Of a DNA stretch of 64,000 nucleotides, positions 38,249 through 47,545 are shown in pieces (position 1 is the first letter of the stretch; each line of letters opens with the position of its first letter). The translations under genes and the position numbers were made by a program. The DNA comes from an uncultured archaeon. Its GTDB lineage: Archaea; Aenigmatarchaeota; Aenigmatarchaeia; PWEA01; JAGHBM01. A model generated the notes under the pieces. That model ran no database searches. It saw only the letters and a program-made list of their open reading frames with translations, and was not told the origin of the DNA. The stretch lies in contig CAZOZN010000002.1 of assembly GCA_964584335.1 (NCBI GenBank), forward strand, positions 98,974 through 162,973, given 5' to 3'.

Positions 38249-40591
38249 TCAGACACCGTATCTTTTCCTGTCTCTAAGTTCCGCTAACTTTCCCTTATCC
38301 CATCCTTTTATATTCTGGTAATAACCCGTTATTCTTGACCAATTCTGGACATTATCACTGCCGCACTTAGAACAATTATCCATTAAACCTCCCATTACAC
38401 TTCCGCAACTCTCGCATACCGTAAGGTCCTTAGTAAAAGCCATATATTGGATTGCAGTTTTTAAAGCTATTTTCTTAGTCAGTTCCATGACGGCTTCAGG
38501 ATTTGGATGTGCTTCTCCGAACCAAACATGGCTCATGGCTCCGCCATCCGTAAGAGGATGGAAAGACCCTTCTACTTTCATTCTCTTAAAAAGAGACACG
38601 TTTGCACTGGGCCTTACATGAAAAGAATTGGTGTAGTACGTGGAATTTGTACCAGGATCCCCTTGAACGATTGCCTTATTACCGTACATTCTTTTATCTA
38701 TTTCCGCTAGCCTGTTTGCAGTCGACTCGGCGGGTGTTCTAGCCAAAGCAAAATTCATTCCGGTTTCATCCCTAAATTTCGCAACAACATCCTTCATATG
38801 CTTCATTACCTTAAGACCGAAAATCCATGCCCTTTTAGACTCGTGTATCTCTTCACCCACATGAAATTTCACCATCTCATTTATACCCACCAAACCTATC
38901 GTATAACTCTGTTTATCTGGCTCAAAATATCTCTCATCATCACCTATTTTTTGACTTAGGAAGGGAAGCATTCCTATATTCAGGTTCCTCTCTATTATAT
39001 CATGCCTCAAGCACATCACTTTTTTTGCCTTTTCCATTCTTTCATCCAAAATCTCAAAAAGTTTTTCGTCGTTTCCCCGTGACTCATAAGCTATTTGGGG
39101 CAGGTTTATGGTAACTACCTGAAGAGAACCTCCCCTGACGGTTTCCTCCTCCAGGTTATCCGTATCTATCGACTTATCGAGTGGCATAAGATATGCACAA
39201 CACTGATAACAGGCAAAATCAGGCATATATGGTTGATTTATAATATAATAAGGTGTGCCAAACTTTGCTGCAAGTTCTGAAACCTTAAGCAGTTCCTCGT
39301 CATACTTTCCGTTTTTAAAGTCTTTGGGATAGATCTGCACCTCAAACTTAGGAAAATTAAAAGGCTTGCCTTGATAATCGCCGTGTGAATATACATCTAA
39401 AAATGCCTTGAACAAAGTTCTTGCCTCCTCCTCGTAATCGCCGTAAACATCTCCATTCTTCTTTCCTCCCAATTGTATTGCTTTTATGTCCCTGAAAACC
39501 TTAGGAATTGTTATATCCAAATCAACAGAAGAGAAAACAGTCTGACCGCCTCTTGCAACGTACATCTGCCCCATTTCAAAAATAAACATCTGGGCGAGTT
39601 GCCTGACCTGTTTAAAGGACAACCCCCTTACAACCGGTGCAAGGAAAGTATTAAAATAGGAAAACCCCTGTCCTCCCGCACAATTTGTTTGAGAAGCCGC
39701 CAAAACCTTTGCTGCATGTAAAAATGCTACTTCAGGAGTTTTAGCAGGCCCTGCTATTGTTGCATGATCCCCTGTCCCATCGGGCTTAAACCCATTCTTA
39801 AGAAAGAATCTTATATCATGAGAAAAGCAGAAAGGTCTTATTGGGAAGTAATCTAAATCGTGTATGTGTACCTGAGCATTCATATGAGCATTGGCCAAAT
39901 CCTTTGGTAAAACCTTAGTCAGGGTATATTCCTTCATCATCCTGTCCCCCATTAGTTTGTGAATTGTCTCGGGGTTGTATTGAAGATTAGCATTCTCCCT
40001 GGTACCTTCATTAATAAGCTTTGTCATGTCAAAAACCGGGACACCGACCCTAGTGTACTTTCTTCTTACATCCTCAAAACCATGTTCTATAAGCTTTGCA
40101 TTCACTATTTCCCTAATTAGCGGGGAAGACACATAATCCAGGCTTGAGTTTCTTATAAAACGCTCTACTTCGTTTGCTATTTTATCTGAATCCTTTTCCT
40201 TTATTCCGGTTTCATTTATTAAAGAATCTTTTATCTTATCCTTGTTAAATCTCTCAAAAATATGAGAAGAAGTTGCTACGTATATGTCTCCCGCCCTAAA
40301 TCTTCTAGCAGCGCTGGGGTCCTTCTTCTGCAAAAGAGTGAATATCAAAGGCCTTATTTCAGACATTTTGACCCTGTTATCGGTATACTTGTCTATTTCA
40401 TATGCAATTTCTTCTGCTATCTTTTTATCAGTACCCAGCTGAAGACATATTGAAACTACCTTTTTTGTGTCATATTTTTCCAACTGGGATAGCCAGAAAT
40501 TTATATTGTTTCTATCGACGGAACAAAAATCTTCTATTGCCTCATCGATGTCTCTAACCATAAGTATAGAATCTTTATTCATGTAAATCAC
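38249..40591 (-). CDS. nrdD: Class III anaerobic ribonucleotide reductase
   Basis: ATP-cone region, HIHDLDY, TPAES, YYTNS, CxxC-CxxC, glycyl-radical RITGY. Confidence 0.97.
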   Translation of the reverse strand: MIYMNKDSILMVRDIDEAIEDFCSVDRNNINFWLSQLEKYDTKKVVSICLQLGTDKKIAEEIAYEIDKYTDNRVKMSEIRPLIFTLLQKKDPSAARRFRAGDIYVATSSHIFERFNKDKIKDSLINETGIKEKDSDKIANEVERFIRNSSLDYVSSPLIREIVNAKLIEHGFEDVRRKYTRVGVPVFDMTKLINEGTRENANLQYNPETIHKLMGDRMMKEYTLTKVLPKDLANAHMNAQVHIHDLDYFPIRPFCFSHDIRFFLKNGFKPDGTGDHATIAGPAKTPEVAFLHAAKVLAASQTNCAGGQGFSYFNTFLAPVVRGLSFKQVRQLAQMFIFEMGQMYVARGGQTVFSSVDLDITIPKVFRDIKAIQLGGKKNGDVYGDYEEEARTLFKAFLDVYSHGDYQGKPFNFPKFEVQIYPKDFKNGKYDEELLKVSELAAKFGTPYYIINQPYMPDFACYQCCAYLMPLDKSIDTDNLEEETVRGGSLQVVTINLPQIAYESRGNDEKLFEILDERMEKAKKVMCLRHDIIERNLNIGMLPFLSQKIGDDERYFEPDKQSYTIGLVGINEMVKFHVGEEIHESKRAWIFGLKVMKHMKDVVAKFRDETGMNFALARTPAESTANRLAEIDKRMYGNKAIVQGDPGTNSTYYTNSFHVRPSANVSLFKRMKVEGSFHPLTDGGAMSHVWFGEAHPNPEAVMELTKKIALKTAIQYMAFTKDLTVCESCGSVMGGLMDNCSKCGSDNVQNWSRITGYYQNIKGWDKGKLAELRDRKRYGV

Positions 40592-40646
40592 TGTATGCGG
40601 TGCTGTGTATTACTACTTATAATACTAAAAAATTACATATAAAGAA

Positions 40647-41219
40647 ATGTATACTAAAAAATATAATATCCATAAGGTGATAAAAATTAGAGTATTTTTG
40701 GGTATACCACTTTCAAAAAAAACAAGAGAAAATGTATGTAAAATTGCAAACCAAATAAAAACAAAAGGAATAAAATTAACGAATCCAGAAAATCTACACT
40801 GGACAGTAAGGTTCTTTGGTGAAGTCAGCGATAAAGAACTTGAAAGAATAAAAAATCTAATGGAAAAAATAAAACCAGAAGATTTGGAAATAGAAATAAG
40901 AGGTATTGGTGCCTTCCCGAGTAGGGATTTTATCAAAGTAATATGGTTAGGCGTTGGTAAAGGAAGGGGAGAATTTCAGGAATTTCTAGAAGAAACAAAC
41001 AAAATATTTCACGGTATGGGCAAAAATAACAAAATAAAAGCGCACCTGACAATAGGAAGGGCAAAAAAAATCAAGAACAAAAAAGAAATCATAAAAAACT
41101 TAGAAAAAATAGGAGACTCAAAAATAGCAAAGATGAAAATAGACAAAATAATTCTTTATGAAAGCACACTAACAAACAAGGGTCCGGTATACAAAGAATT
41201 AAAAAAAATTGAGTGGTAA
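40647..41219 (+). CDS. thpR: RNA 2',3'-cyclic phosphodiesterase (2H/ThpR family); true start possibly ATT 40686
   Basis: RVFLGI, NLHWT and AHLT 2H motifs, ESTL...GPVY. Confidence 0.9.
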   Translation: MYTKKYNIHKVIKIRVFLGIPLSKKTRENVCKIANQIKTKGIKLTNPENLHWTVRFFGEVSDKELERIKNLMEKIKPEDLEIEIRGIGAFPSRDFIKVIWLGVGKGRGEFQEFLEETNKIFHGMGKNNKIKAHLTIGRAKKIKNKKEIIKNLEKIGDSKIAKMKIDKIILYESTLTNKGPVYKELKKIEW

Positions 41220-41589
41220 ATTGAAAGAAAAAAACATTTTAAAGATATCGCTTTTTTGCTCTATAATAGGTGTTTCTATTTTGTTTCTGGGAATAAATCT
41301 AATGGAAGTAAATAAAGTAAATATAGAAGACATAAAAGAAGAAGATATAGGGAAACTGGTTTCGGTAGAAGGAAAAATAAAATCTAAATATTACAACGGT
41401 GAGCATCTTTTCTTTGACTTGGAAGACGAAACAGACGAAATAAAAATAGTAGTATTCGAAAATATAATAAAAAAACTAAAAATAGAACCGGATAAAATAA
41501 GAAACGGTAAAGAGATTTTTGTTTCAGGGGAAGTAGAAAAATACGAAGGAGAACTGGAAATTATACCTAATAAAATTAGATTAAATTAA
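41209..41589 (+). CDS. Membrane-anchored OB-fold protein
   Basis: N-terminal TM; LEDETDEIKIVVF; GEVEKYEGELEI. Confidence 0.75.
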   Translation: MSGKLKEKNILKISLFCSIIGVSILFLGINLMEVNKVNIEDIKEEDIGKLVSVEGKIKSKYYNGEHLFFDLEDETDEIKIVVFENIIKKLKIEPDKIRNGKEIFVSGEVEKYEGELEIIPNKIRLN

Positions 41590-41616
41590 TTTTAATAATA
41601 AGGATTAAAAGATATT

Positions 41617-42576
41617 ATGGCTCTGGTTATCAAAAAAAGTGAAGTGCACTCTTTACTGGACAAACTGGCAGAGAAATATATTTTAATTGCACCAAAAAAG
41701 AAAGGAGAAGAGATTAATTTTGATTACATAAATGAGGGCAAAGAGGCATGTCTAAATTACATAAATACAAAATATTCACCCAAGAGTTTTTTTATACCTG
41801 ACGGAGAGACTATTTTCAAATACAAAAAAAGTAATATAAATTTTTACCTAAGAAAAGAAAAAAGAATAATATTCGGTTTGAGACCTTGTGACGCTCACTC
41901 TCTAGAAGTTTTGGATAATATATTTCTCGGTGAAATAAAAGACCCTTATTATATGAACAAAAGAAAAAACACAATATTAATAGTAATAAACTGTAGTGAT
42001 TCCGGCGAAAATTGCTTCTGTCAGTCAATGGGAACCGACAGGACAAAAGAATACGATATTCTGTTAAGCGAGACAGAAAAATACTACGTTTTAGAAGACT
42101 ACAAAAAAAAGTATAAAAATATTATAAAGTATTTTAAAAAGTCAAAAAGACCGAAAATAAAAAAATTAAAAAACAAAAGAAAATTAAATTCAAAAAACAT
42201 AGAAAAAAAATTATTAAAAGTATTCAAAAACAAAAAATGGGAAAAAATATCAAATAAATGCCTATCATGCGGGGGATGTACAATTGTTTGTCCCACATGT
42301 TACTGCTTCAACCTAGAAGACAAACCGGATTTTGGCGGGTCGGGTGAGAGAAAAAGATACTGGAGTTCTTGTATGTTGAAGGGATTCTCCCGTGTGTCTG
42401 GTGGGAATTTCCGACAGAGCAGGACAGAAAGATGTAAACAGTTTGTATTTCACAAACTAAGCTACTTCAAGGAGAAATATGGAAAGCAGTTATGTGTAGG
42501 ATGCGGGAGATGTGTTGAAATCTGCCCGACGGGCATAGATTTCTTCAGGGAAGTCGAGAAAATGGTGAAAAAATGA
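41617..42576 (+). CDS. hydB: Group 3b [NiFe] sulfhydrogenase beta (4Fe-4S) subunit
   Basis: GLRPCD, CFC, CLSCGGCTIVCPTCYC, CVGCGRCVEICP. Confidence 0.92.
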   Translation: MALVIKKSEVHSLLDKLAEKYILIAPKKKGEEINFDYINEGKEACLNYINTKYSPKSFFIPDGETIFKYKKSNINFYLRKEKRIIFGLRPCDAHSLEVLDNIFLGEIKDPYYMNKRKNTILIVINCSDSGENCFCQSMGTDRTKEYDILLSETEKYYVLEDYKKKYKNIIKYFKKSKRPKIKKLKNKRKLNSKNIEKKLLKVFKNKKWEKISNKCLSCGGCTIVCPTCYCFNLEDKPDFGGSGERKRYWSSCMLKGFSRVSGGNFRQSRTERCKQFVFHKLSYFKEKYGKQLCVGCGRCVEICPTGIDFFREVEKMVKK

Positions 42577-43373
42577 ACCCATATATACCAAAAATGTTCA
42601 AGATAGAGAAAGTGAAAAAAGAGTCACCTGAGGTAAAAAGCTTCTGGTTTAAAATGCCGGGTATAAAATTTAATCCAGGACAGGTCATAATGGTATCTGT
42701 ACTCGGATTTGGGGAGTCAACGTTTGGAATAATACCAACAGAAAGAAAGGATGTTTACGAGTTCACTATGAGAAAAACAGGAACTGTTACGGACAAACTA
42801 TTTGATATGACCAAAGGTAAAAAAATAGGAATAAGGGGGCCGTTTGGAAAAGGTTATCCAGTCAAATATATGAAAGGAAAAAATATAATGCTTATCGCAG
42901 GAGGAATAGGAATACCTCCAATAAAATCTCTTTTGCTTGATTTAATAAAAAAAAGGGAAGAATATAAAAATATTAGCCTGCTTTACGGGGCTAGAACGCC
43001 AGCAGATATTGTTTACAAAAATGACATTAAAAAATGGAAAAAAGAAGAAAACATTGAAGTGAAAGTTACTGTAGACAAGGCCGATAAAAAATGGAAAGGA
43101 AATGTAGGGGTTGTGACTGAGTTAATTGGTTGCGAAAACAAAAAAGAGACTGTAGCCTGTATGTGCGGGCCTTGTGTAATGTCAAAATTTGTTTGCAAAA
43201 AACTTAAGGGAATGGGAATAAAAGAAAACCAGATATACGTATCAATGGAAAGACTTATGAAATGTGGAATAGGTATGTGTGGTCATTGCAACATAGGCAA
43301 GGCTTATGTATGTAAAGACGGTCCTGTGTTCAGACTGGATAAGCTAATGGAATTAACCGAGGGTGTTTGGTGA
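42573..43373 (+). CDS. hydG: Sulfhydrogenase gamma (FAD/NAD(P)) subunit
   Basis: RGPFGKG, AGGIG, MCGP, MKCGIGMCGHC...CKDGPV. Confidence 0.93.
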   Translation: MNPYIPKMFKIEKVKKESPEVKSFWFKMPGIKFNPGQVIMVSVLGFGESTFGIIPTERKDVYEFTMRKTGTVTDKLFDMTKGKKIGIRGPFGKGYPVKYMKGKNIMLIAGGIGIPPIKSLLLDLIKKREEYKNISLLYGARTPADIVYKNDIKKWKKEENIEVKVTVDKADKKWKGNVGVVTELIGCENKKETVACMCGPCVMSKFVCKKLKGMGIKENQIYVSMERLMKCGIGMCGHCNIGKAYVCKDGPVFRLDKLMELTEGVW

Positions 43374-44120
43374 GTGTTGAGAGGTGCATTTATAACATTG
43401 ACTTCCTGTTTTGGTTGTAGTTTTGAATTTCTAAACCTAAAGGAAAAATTGGAGGATGTTTTTAAGGAAATAGATTTTATAGATTTCAAGCTTTTAAAGG
43501 AAAAAAACATCGAGGGAAAATACGAAATAGCTTTTGTAGAAGGAGGCATATCAAGAAAAGGAGAGATAAAAAAAATAAAAGAGATAAGAAAAAGAACAAA
43601 AACTCTAATTGCCTTGGGTTCTTGTGCATGTAATGGATGTGTAATGACAGCAAAAAACTACAGTAAAGATGCAGAAAAAGAAGTTTATGGAAATAATATT
43701 TTTGGATCCACTGAGGTAACTGGGATAGACAAGCACGTGAACGTAGACTACTACCTTAATGGCTGTCCTTTTTTTAGACATGAATTATTGGACCTCCTAA
43801 AGTCAATCCTGATAGGGAAACCTTGGAAAGAAAAAGATTATGATGTCTGCGTGGAATGTAGAAAAAGAGGCAATGAATGTCTTTTGGATAAAAAAGAGCT
43901 GTGTTTCGGTCCAATAACGAGAGCGGGTTGTAAGGCTGTTTGCCCGACAAACAATTACTCTTGTGTTGGTTGTCGGGGTATTATAAAAGACGCAAACCTT
44001 GAGGAATTTTTTAATACATTAATTAAGTTTATGAAAAAAAGTGATATAAAGAAAAAACTTGAACTATATAATCTATATGAAAATGTAAAGAGGAGTGAAG
44101 CATGGAAGAAATTAAGATAA
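43374..44120 (+). CDS. hydD: Sulfhydrogenase delta ([NiFe] small) subunit
   Basis: TSCFGC, VEG, GSCA, GCP, VCVEC, CFGPITRAGC..CP..C.GCRG. Confidence 0.93.
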   Translation: MLRGAFITLTSCFGCSFEFLNLKEKLEDVFKEIDFIDFKLLKEKNIEGKYEIAFVEGGISRKGEIKKIKEIRKRTKTLIALGSCACNGCVMTAKNYSKDAEKEVYGNNIFGSTEVTGIDKHVNVDYYLNGCPFFRHELLDLLKSILIGKPWKEKDYDVCVECRKRGNECLLDKKELCFGPITRAGCKAVCPTNNYSCVGCRGIIKDANLEEFFNTLIKFMKKSDIKKKLELYNLYENVKRSEAWKKLR

Positions 44121-45373
44121 ACCACATAACCAAAATAGAGGGACATGCAAGCCTTTCTGTCAAATTTGACCACAAAAAAAAGAAAGTAAAAACATGTTCG
44201 CTTCAGGTATTCGAGAGTCCCAGATATTTTGAGCCTATGTTAAGAGGACGTAATTACAAGGAAATACCTTATATGTCAGGCAGGATATGCGGGATATGTA
44301 ATGTTGCTCATCTTTTATGTTCAATACAGGCTGTTGAGAACGCACTTAAAATAAAAACAACTAGTCAGACAGAACTTCTCAGAGAACTTTTAAATTTGGC
44401 GAACATATTTCACAGCCACATACTCCAGTTATATTTCATGGCATTGCCAGATTATCTGGGGGTATCTTCGGTTCTTGACATAAAGGATGTAAGCCATGTA
44501 AAAAGATGTATAAAAATAAAAGAAGTAGCAAATGATATAATTAAAAAAATAGGCGGGAGAACAATACACCCGATTACCGCAGTGGTTGGTGGATTTACAA
44601 AAATACCAAAAAACGATGACATGAAATATCTTTTAAAAAAATTAAAAACAGCAAAGAAAGAAGCTTTAAAATCAGCAAAACTGTTTATGGAATTACAAAA
44701 AACAGGATTTGATTTTAAAACGGATTTCACATCTTTGTCCGGTGAAGGTTATCCTTTTTTAAAAGGAAATATAAAATTCCTATCTGGTTTAGAGTTTGAA
44801 CCAGAGGATTATAAAAATCATCTAAAAGAAGAAACGGTACCTTACTCAACATCAAAACACGTCACCCTGAGAGGCAAGACTTTTATGGCGGGACCCCTGG
44901 CAAGAGTTAATATTCATCCTAGAAAACTTTCTGAAAGTTCTTATAACTTATTAAAGAAAACTAAAATAGAAATACCAAACTACAACCTTTTTAATGCAAA
45001 CTTGGCAAGAGCAATAGAAGTGGTGCACTGTATAGACAGGTGCATAGAAATTATAGAAAACATTGATTTGAGAAAAGAAAAAATAATCAGGGGTAAATTA
45101 AGAAAAGGAGAGGCGGTTGGTTCTAGTGAAGCGCCAAGGGGTGTTTTATACCATCACTATAAAATAGGAAAAGATGGTAAGGTTAAAAAAGCGAATATAA
45201 TACCACCCACAACACAGAATGTAAAAAACATGGAAGAATCTATTAAACAGTTATTGCCCGAGATAATGAATCTAAATAAAAATAAAATGGAGTTAGAAAT
45301 TGAGAAACTGCTAAGGGCTTACGACCCATGCATGTCCTGCTCCGCTCATTTCCTCAAGTTGAAATTTGTTTAA
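44102..45373 (+). CDS. hydA: Sulfhydrogenase alpha ([NiFe] large) subunit
   Basis: KIEGH, L1 RICGICNVAH, EAPRG, L2 DPCMSCSAH + short cleavable tail. Confidence 0.96.
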   Translation: MEEIKINHITKIEGHASLSVKFDHKKKKVKTCSLQVFESPRYFEPMLRGRNYKEIPYMSGRICGICNVAHLLCSIQAVENALKIKTTSQTELLRELLNLANIFHSHILQLYFMALPDYLGVSSVLDIKDVSHVKRCIKIKEVANDIIKKIGGRTIHPITAVVGGFTKIPKNDDMKYLLKKLKTAKKEALKSAKLFMELQKTGFDFKTDFTSLSGEGYPFLKGNIKFLSGLEFEPEDYKNHLKEETVPYSTSKHVTLRGKTFMAGPLARVNIHPRKLSESSYNLLKKTKIEIPNYNLFNANLARAIEVVHCIDRCIEIIENIDLRKEKIIRGKLRKGEAVGSSEAPRGVLYHHYKIGKDGKVKKANIIPPTTQNVKNMEESIKQLLPEIMNLNKNKMELEIEKLLRAYDPCMSCSAHFLKLKFV

Positions 45374-45719
45374 GTTTTTCAACCAACTCTTTGTCGCAAT
45401 TCTTATCGGGAATAGCTATTATTTTTACTTTGGTTCTTTTACCAATTTTTTTAAGGACTTTCAAAAAAAACGCTATGTCAAAATCATGTAAAGTATTGAG
45501 TCCTTTAGTTTCCAAATCATCTATATTGACTTCGGATACATTTTCTATATTTTTTGCAACATCCAAAACAACTATGTCATCTTCCATGTAATCCAGAATT
45601 GACTCTGGTGTTCTACAATAAATAAAATCGAGGTTTAATTTGTCCTTTATTCTCGAAACCGCATCTATAGCAGCACGGTCTTCTTTAAAATAATAATTTC
45701 CAAAATAAAGAATCTTCAT
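45354..45719 (-). CDS. Hydrogenase maturation protease-like protein
   Basis: FGN..FKED, VVLD, TLHDF; convergent with hydA. Confidence 0.7.
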   Translation of the reverse strand: MKILYFGNYYFKEDRAAIDAVSRIKDKLNLDFIYCRTPESILDYMEDDIVVLDVAKNIENVSEVNIDDLETKGLNTLHDFDIAFFLKVLKKIGKRTKVKIIAIPDKNCDKELVEKLKQIST

Positions 45720-45751
45720 AACAAATTTTAAATCCGGACAAATAAAAATTA

Positions 45752-46144
45752 CTACAATAAATATTTTGAAATTACTCTATTCAAACCCTCGATAGTATTC
45801 AAATTATTTTTTATGAAAATTCTTCTGATATTATTCCTTTCACTTTTTTTAACTCTAGTTCCGAACCTAATCATCATTTTTGATAATTTATTCGCTATTT
45901 TATCTCCCTCGGGGTCGAAATCACTCAGTATCAATACTTCCCCTCTTACTTTTTCAGATATGTTATAAAAACTTTTATACCTGTTTATTACATGAACGTC
46001 CGAGAAACCTATTCTTCTGAGAGTTTTCTCGTCTTTTATTCCTTCTACCAGAACTTTTCGGTCTTTAACTTCATCCAAAACATCAAAAAGCTTTTTAAGA
46101 TACTTTTCTGTAGAACAAGCCCTTGCCTTCTCTCTTCTCCTCAA
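45752..46144 (-). CDS. Stand-alone toprim-domain protein
   Basis: VLVEGIKD and ILSDFDPEG. Confidence 0.85.
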   Translation of the reverse strand: MRRREKARACSTEKYLKKLFDVLDEVKDRKVLVEGIKDEKTLRRIGFSDVHVINRYKSFYNISEKVRGEVLILSDFDPEGDKIANKLSKMMIRFGTRVKKSERNNIRRIFIKNNLNTIEGLNRVISKYLL

Positions 46145-46469
46145 TCTTTCCCATCTCCCTTAGTTCCGATATTTTTCTGCTTACATACTCCTGCCTGTAT
46201 CCAAGAATCTCTGATATTTTCTGGGTATTCATCCATTGGTTCAGTATGCCAAGTATCTTCTTGTGGACTTCCTTAAATTCCTTTGAACGCTTTTGTTGAA
46301 GCAACTCATCCAGTTTCTTATTTACAAGGTCCATTTTCATCTCAATAATCTGAACTGTCTTTGCCAGATTACTATCCTGAACAGAATCTATTTTACCATT
46401 ATCCTTCAACTTTCTCAACATTTCAAGTTCTTTTGCTCTTTTTATTATGTCATCAGATGAACTGACCAA
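46095..46469 (-). CDS. Coiled-coil + winged-helix protein
   Basis: TQKISEILGYRQEYVSRKISEL...GKI...EGKGLFY. Confidence 0.75.
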   Translation of the reverse strand: MVSSSDDIIKRAKELEMLRKLKDNGKIDSVQDSNLAKTVQIIEMKMDLVNKKLDELLQQKRSKEFKEVHKKILGILNQWMNTQKISEILGYRQEYVSRKISELREMGKIEEKREGKGLFYRKVS

Positions 46470-46478
46470 TTTAATCCC

Positions 46479-47510
46479 CTAAAAATATTTTTTAACGCTG
46501 TCCAAACTCTTAGTTAAAAGATTTATGGCGCTCTCTATATCACTCAAATCCGCAGTTTCTACTGTACTGTGCATATATCTAACAGGAACACTAACCAAGC
46601 CACCGGGCTTTCCCTCCTTGGTTAATATTGCCCTGGTTGCCTCCGTGGTTCCGCCAGAAGAAACACCAAGCTGGTAGGGTATTTTATTTTTCTTTGCAAC
46701 TTCCAAAAACATTTTCTTAATCTTCTCATGCACAATGAAACTGGAGTCCTGTATCCCTATTGTAACTCCACTGCCCAATTTAACTGATGTATCTCCTTTT
46801 ATGAAAGGATCTTCCGCGATACAAACATCAAGAGAAATTATTATATCGGGGTCTATGCCGAACATTGCTCCCTTTGCCCCCTTCAAACCTATTTCTTCCT
46901 GCACGCTACCTACGCCAAAAACAGTAAATCCCTTTGGCTTTATCTTTTTCATGGTCTCTGTTAAAACAGCACAGCTTATTCTGTTGTCGAAACACCTGCC
47001 GGAGACTCTTTTATTCTTAAGCTTGACAAATTCTCCGGTTACTTCAACGTAGTTTCCAACAGTTATTCCCATTTTTTCCGCGTCTTTTTTGTCTTTCGCA
47101 CCAACGTCAACATAAACATTTTTTAGCTTTACCTGTTTCTGCTTGTCCTCTTTTTCCTGCATGTGTGCTGCCTTGGAACCGATAACACCGTCTATTTTCC
47201 CCTTGTCTGAATAAATTAAAACTTTTTTCGAAGGCAGTATGTTTAAATCCCACCCCCCTACAGCATTTAGCTTTATGAAACCGTCTTCAGTCACGTTCTT
47301 GACCATAAAACCTATTTCATCCATGTGTGAAGTCAACAGTACCTTTAATTTACCCTTGCCTTTAACCGAAATAAGATTTCCAACACCATCCTCGTATATT
47401 TTGTCAACTTTGTTTTTTAGTTCTTTTCTCATCAATTCCTTAATCTCTTTCTCGTTGCCTGATATGCCGGAAGCATTTACAAAATTTTTAAGAAGAATAT
47501 CCAAACTCAT
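46479..47510 (-). CDS. M42 (TET-like) aminopeptidase
   Basis: SHMDEIG, FDNR, VQEEIGLKGA, RYMHS. Confidence 0.95.
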   Translation of the reverse strand: MSLDILLKNFVNASGISGNEKEIKELMRKELKNKVDKIYEDGVGNLISVKGKGKLKVLLTSHMDEIGFMVKNVTEDGFIKLNAVGGWDLNILPSKKVLIYSDKGKIDGVIGSKAAHMQEKEDKQKQVKLKNVYVDVGAKDKKDAEKMGITVGNYVEVTGEFVKLKNKRVSGRCFDNRISCAVLTETMKKIKPKGFTVFGVGSVQEEIGLKGAKGAMFGIDPDIIISLDVCIAEDPFIKGDTSVKLGSGVTIGIQDSSFIVHEKIKKMFLEVAKKNKIPYQLGVSSGGTTEATRAILTKEGKPGGLVSVPVRYMHSTVETADLSDIESAINLLTKSLDSVKKYF

Positions 47511-47545
47511 TATTACACCTCATAAAGTATTGAATTATTATGTTT

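Noticed and set aside
32773-40591. Inteins in RadA or NrdD
   Set aside because: Lengths are normal and no intein motifs or insertions were seen
44102-45373. Selenocysteine hydrogenase or recoding
   Set aside because: All ligands are Cys codons; no in-frame TGA
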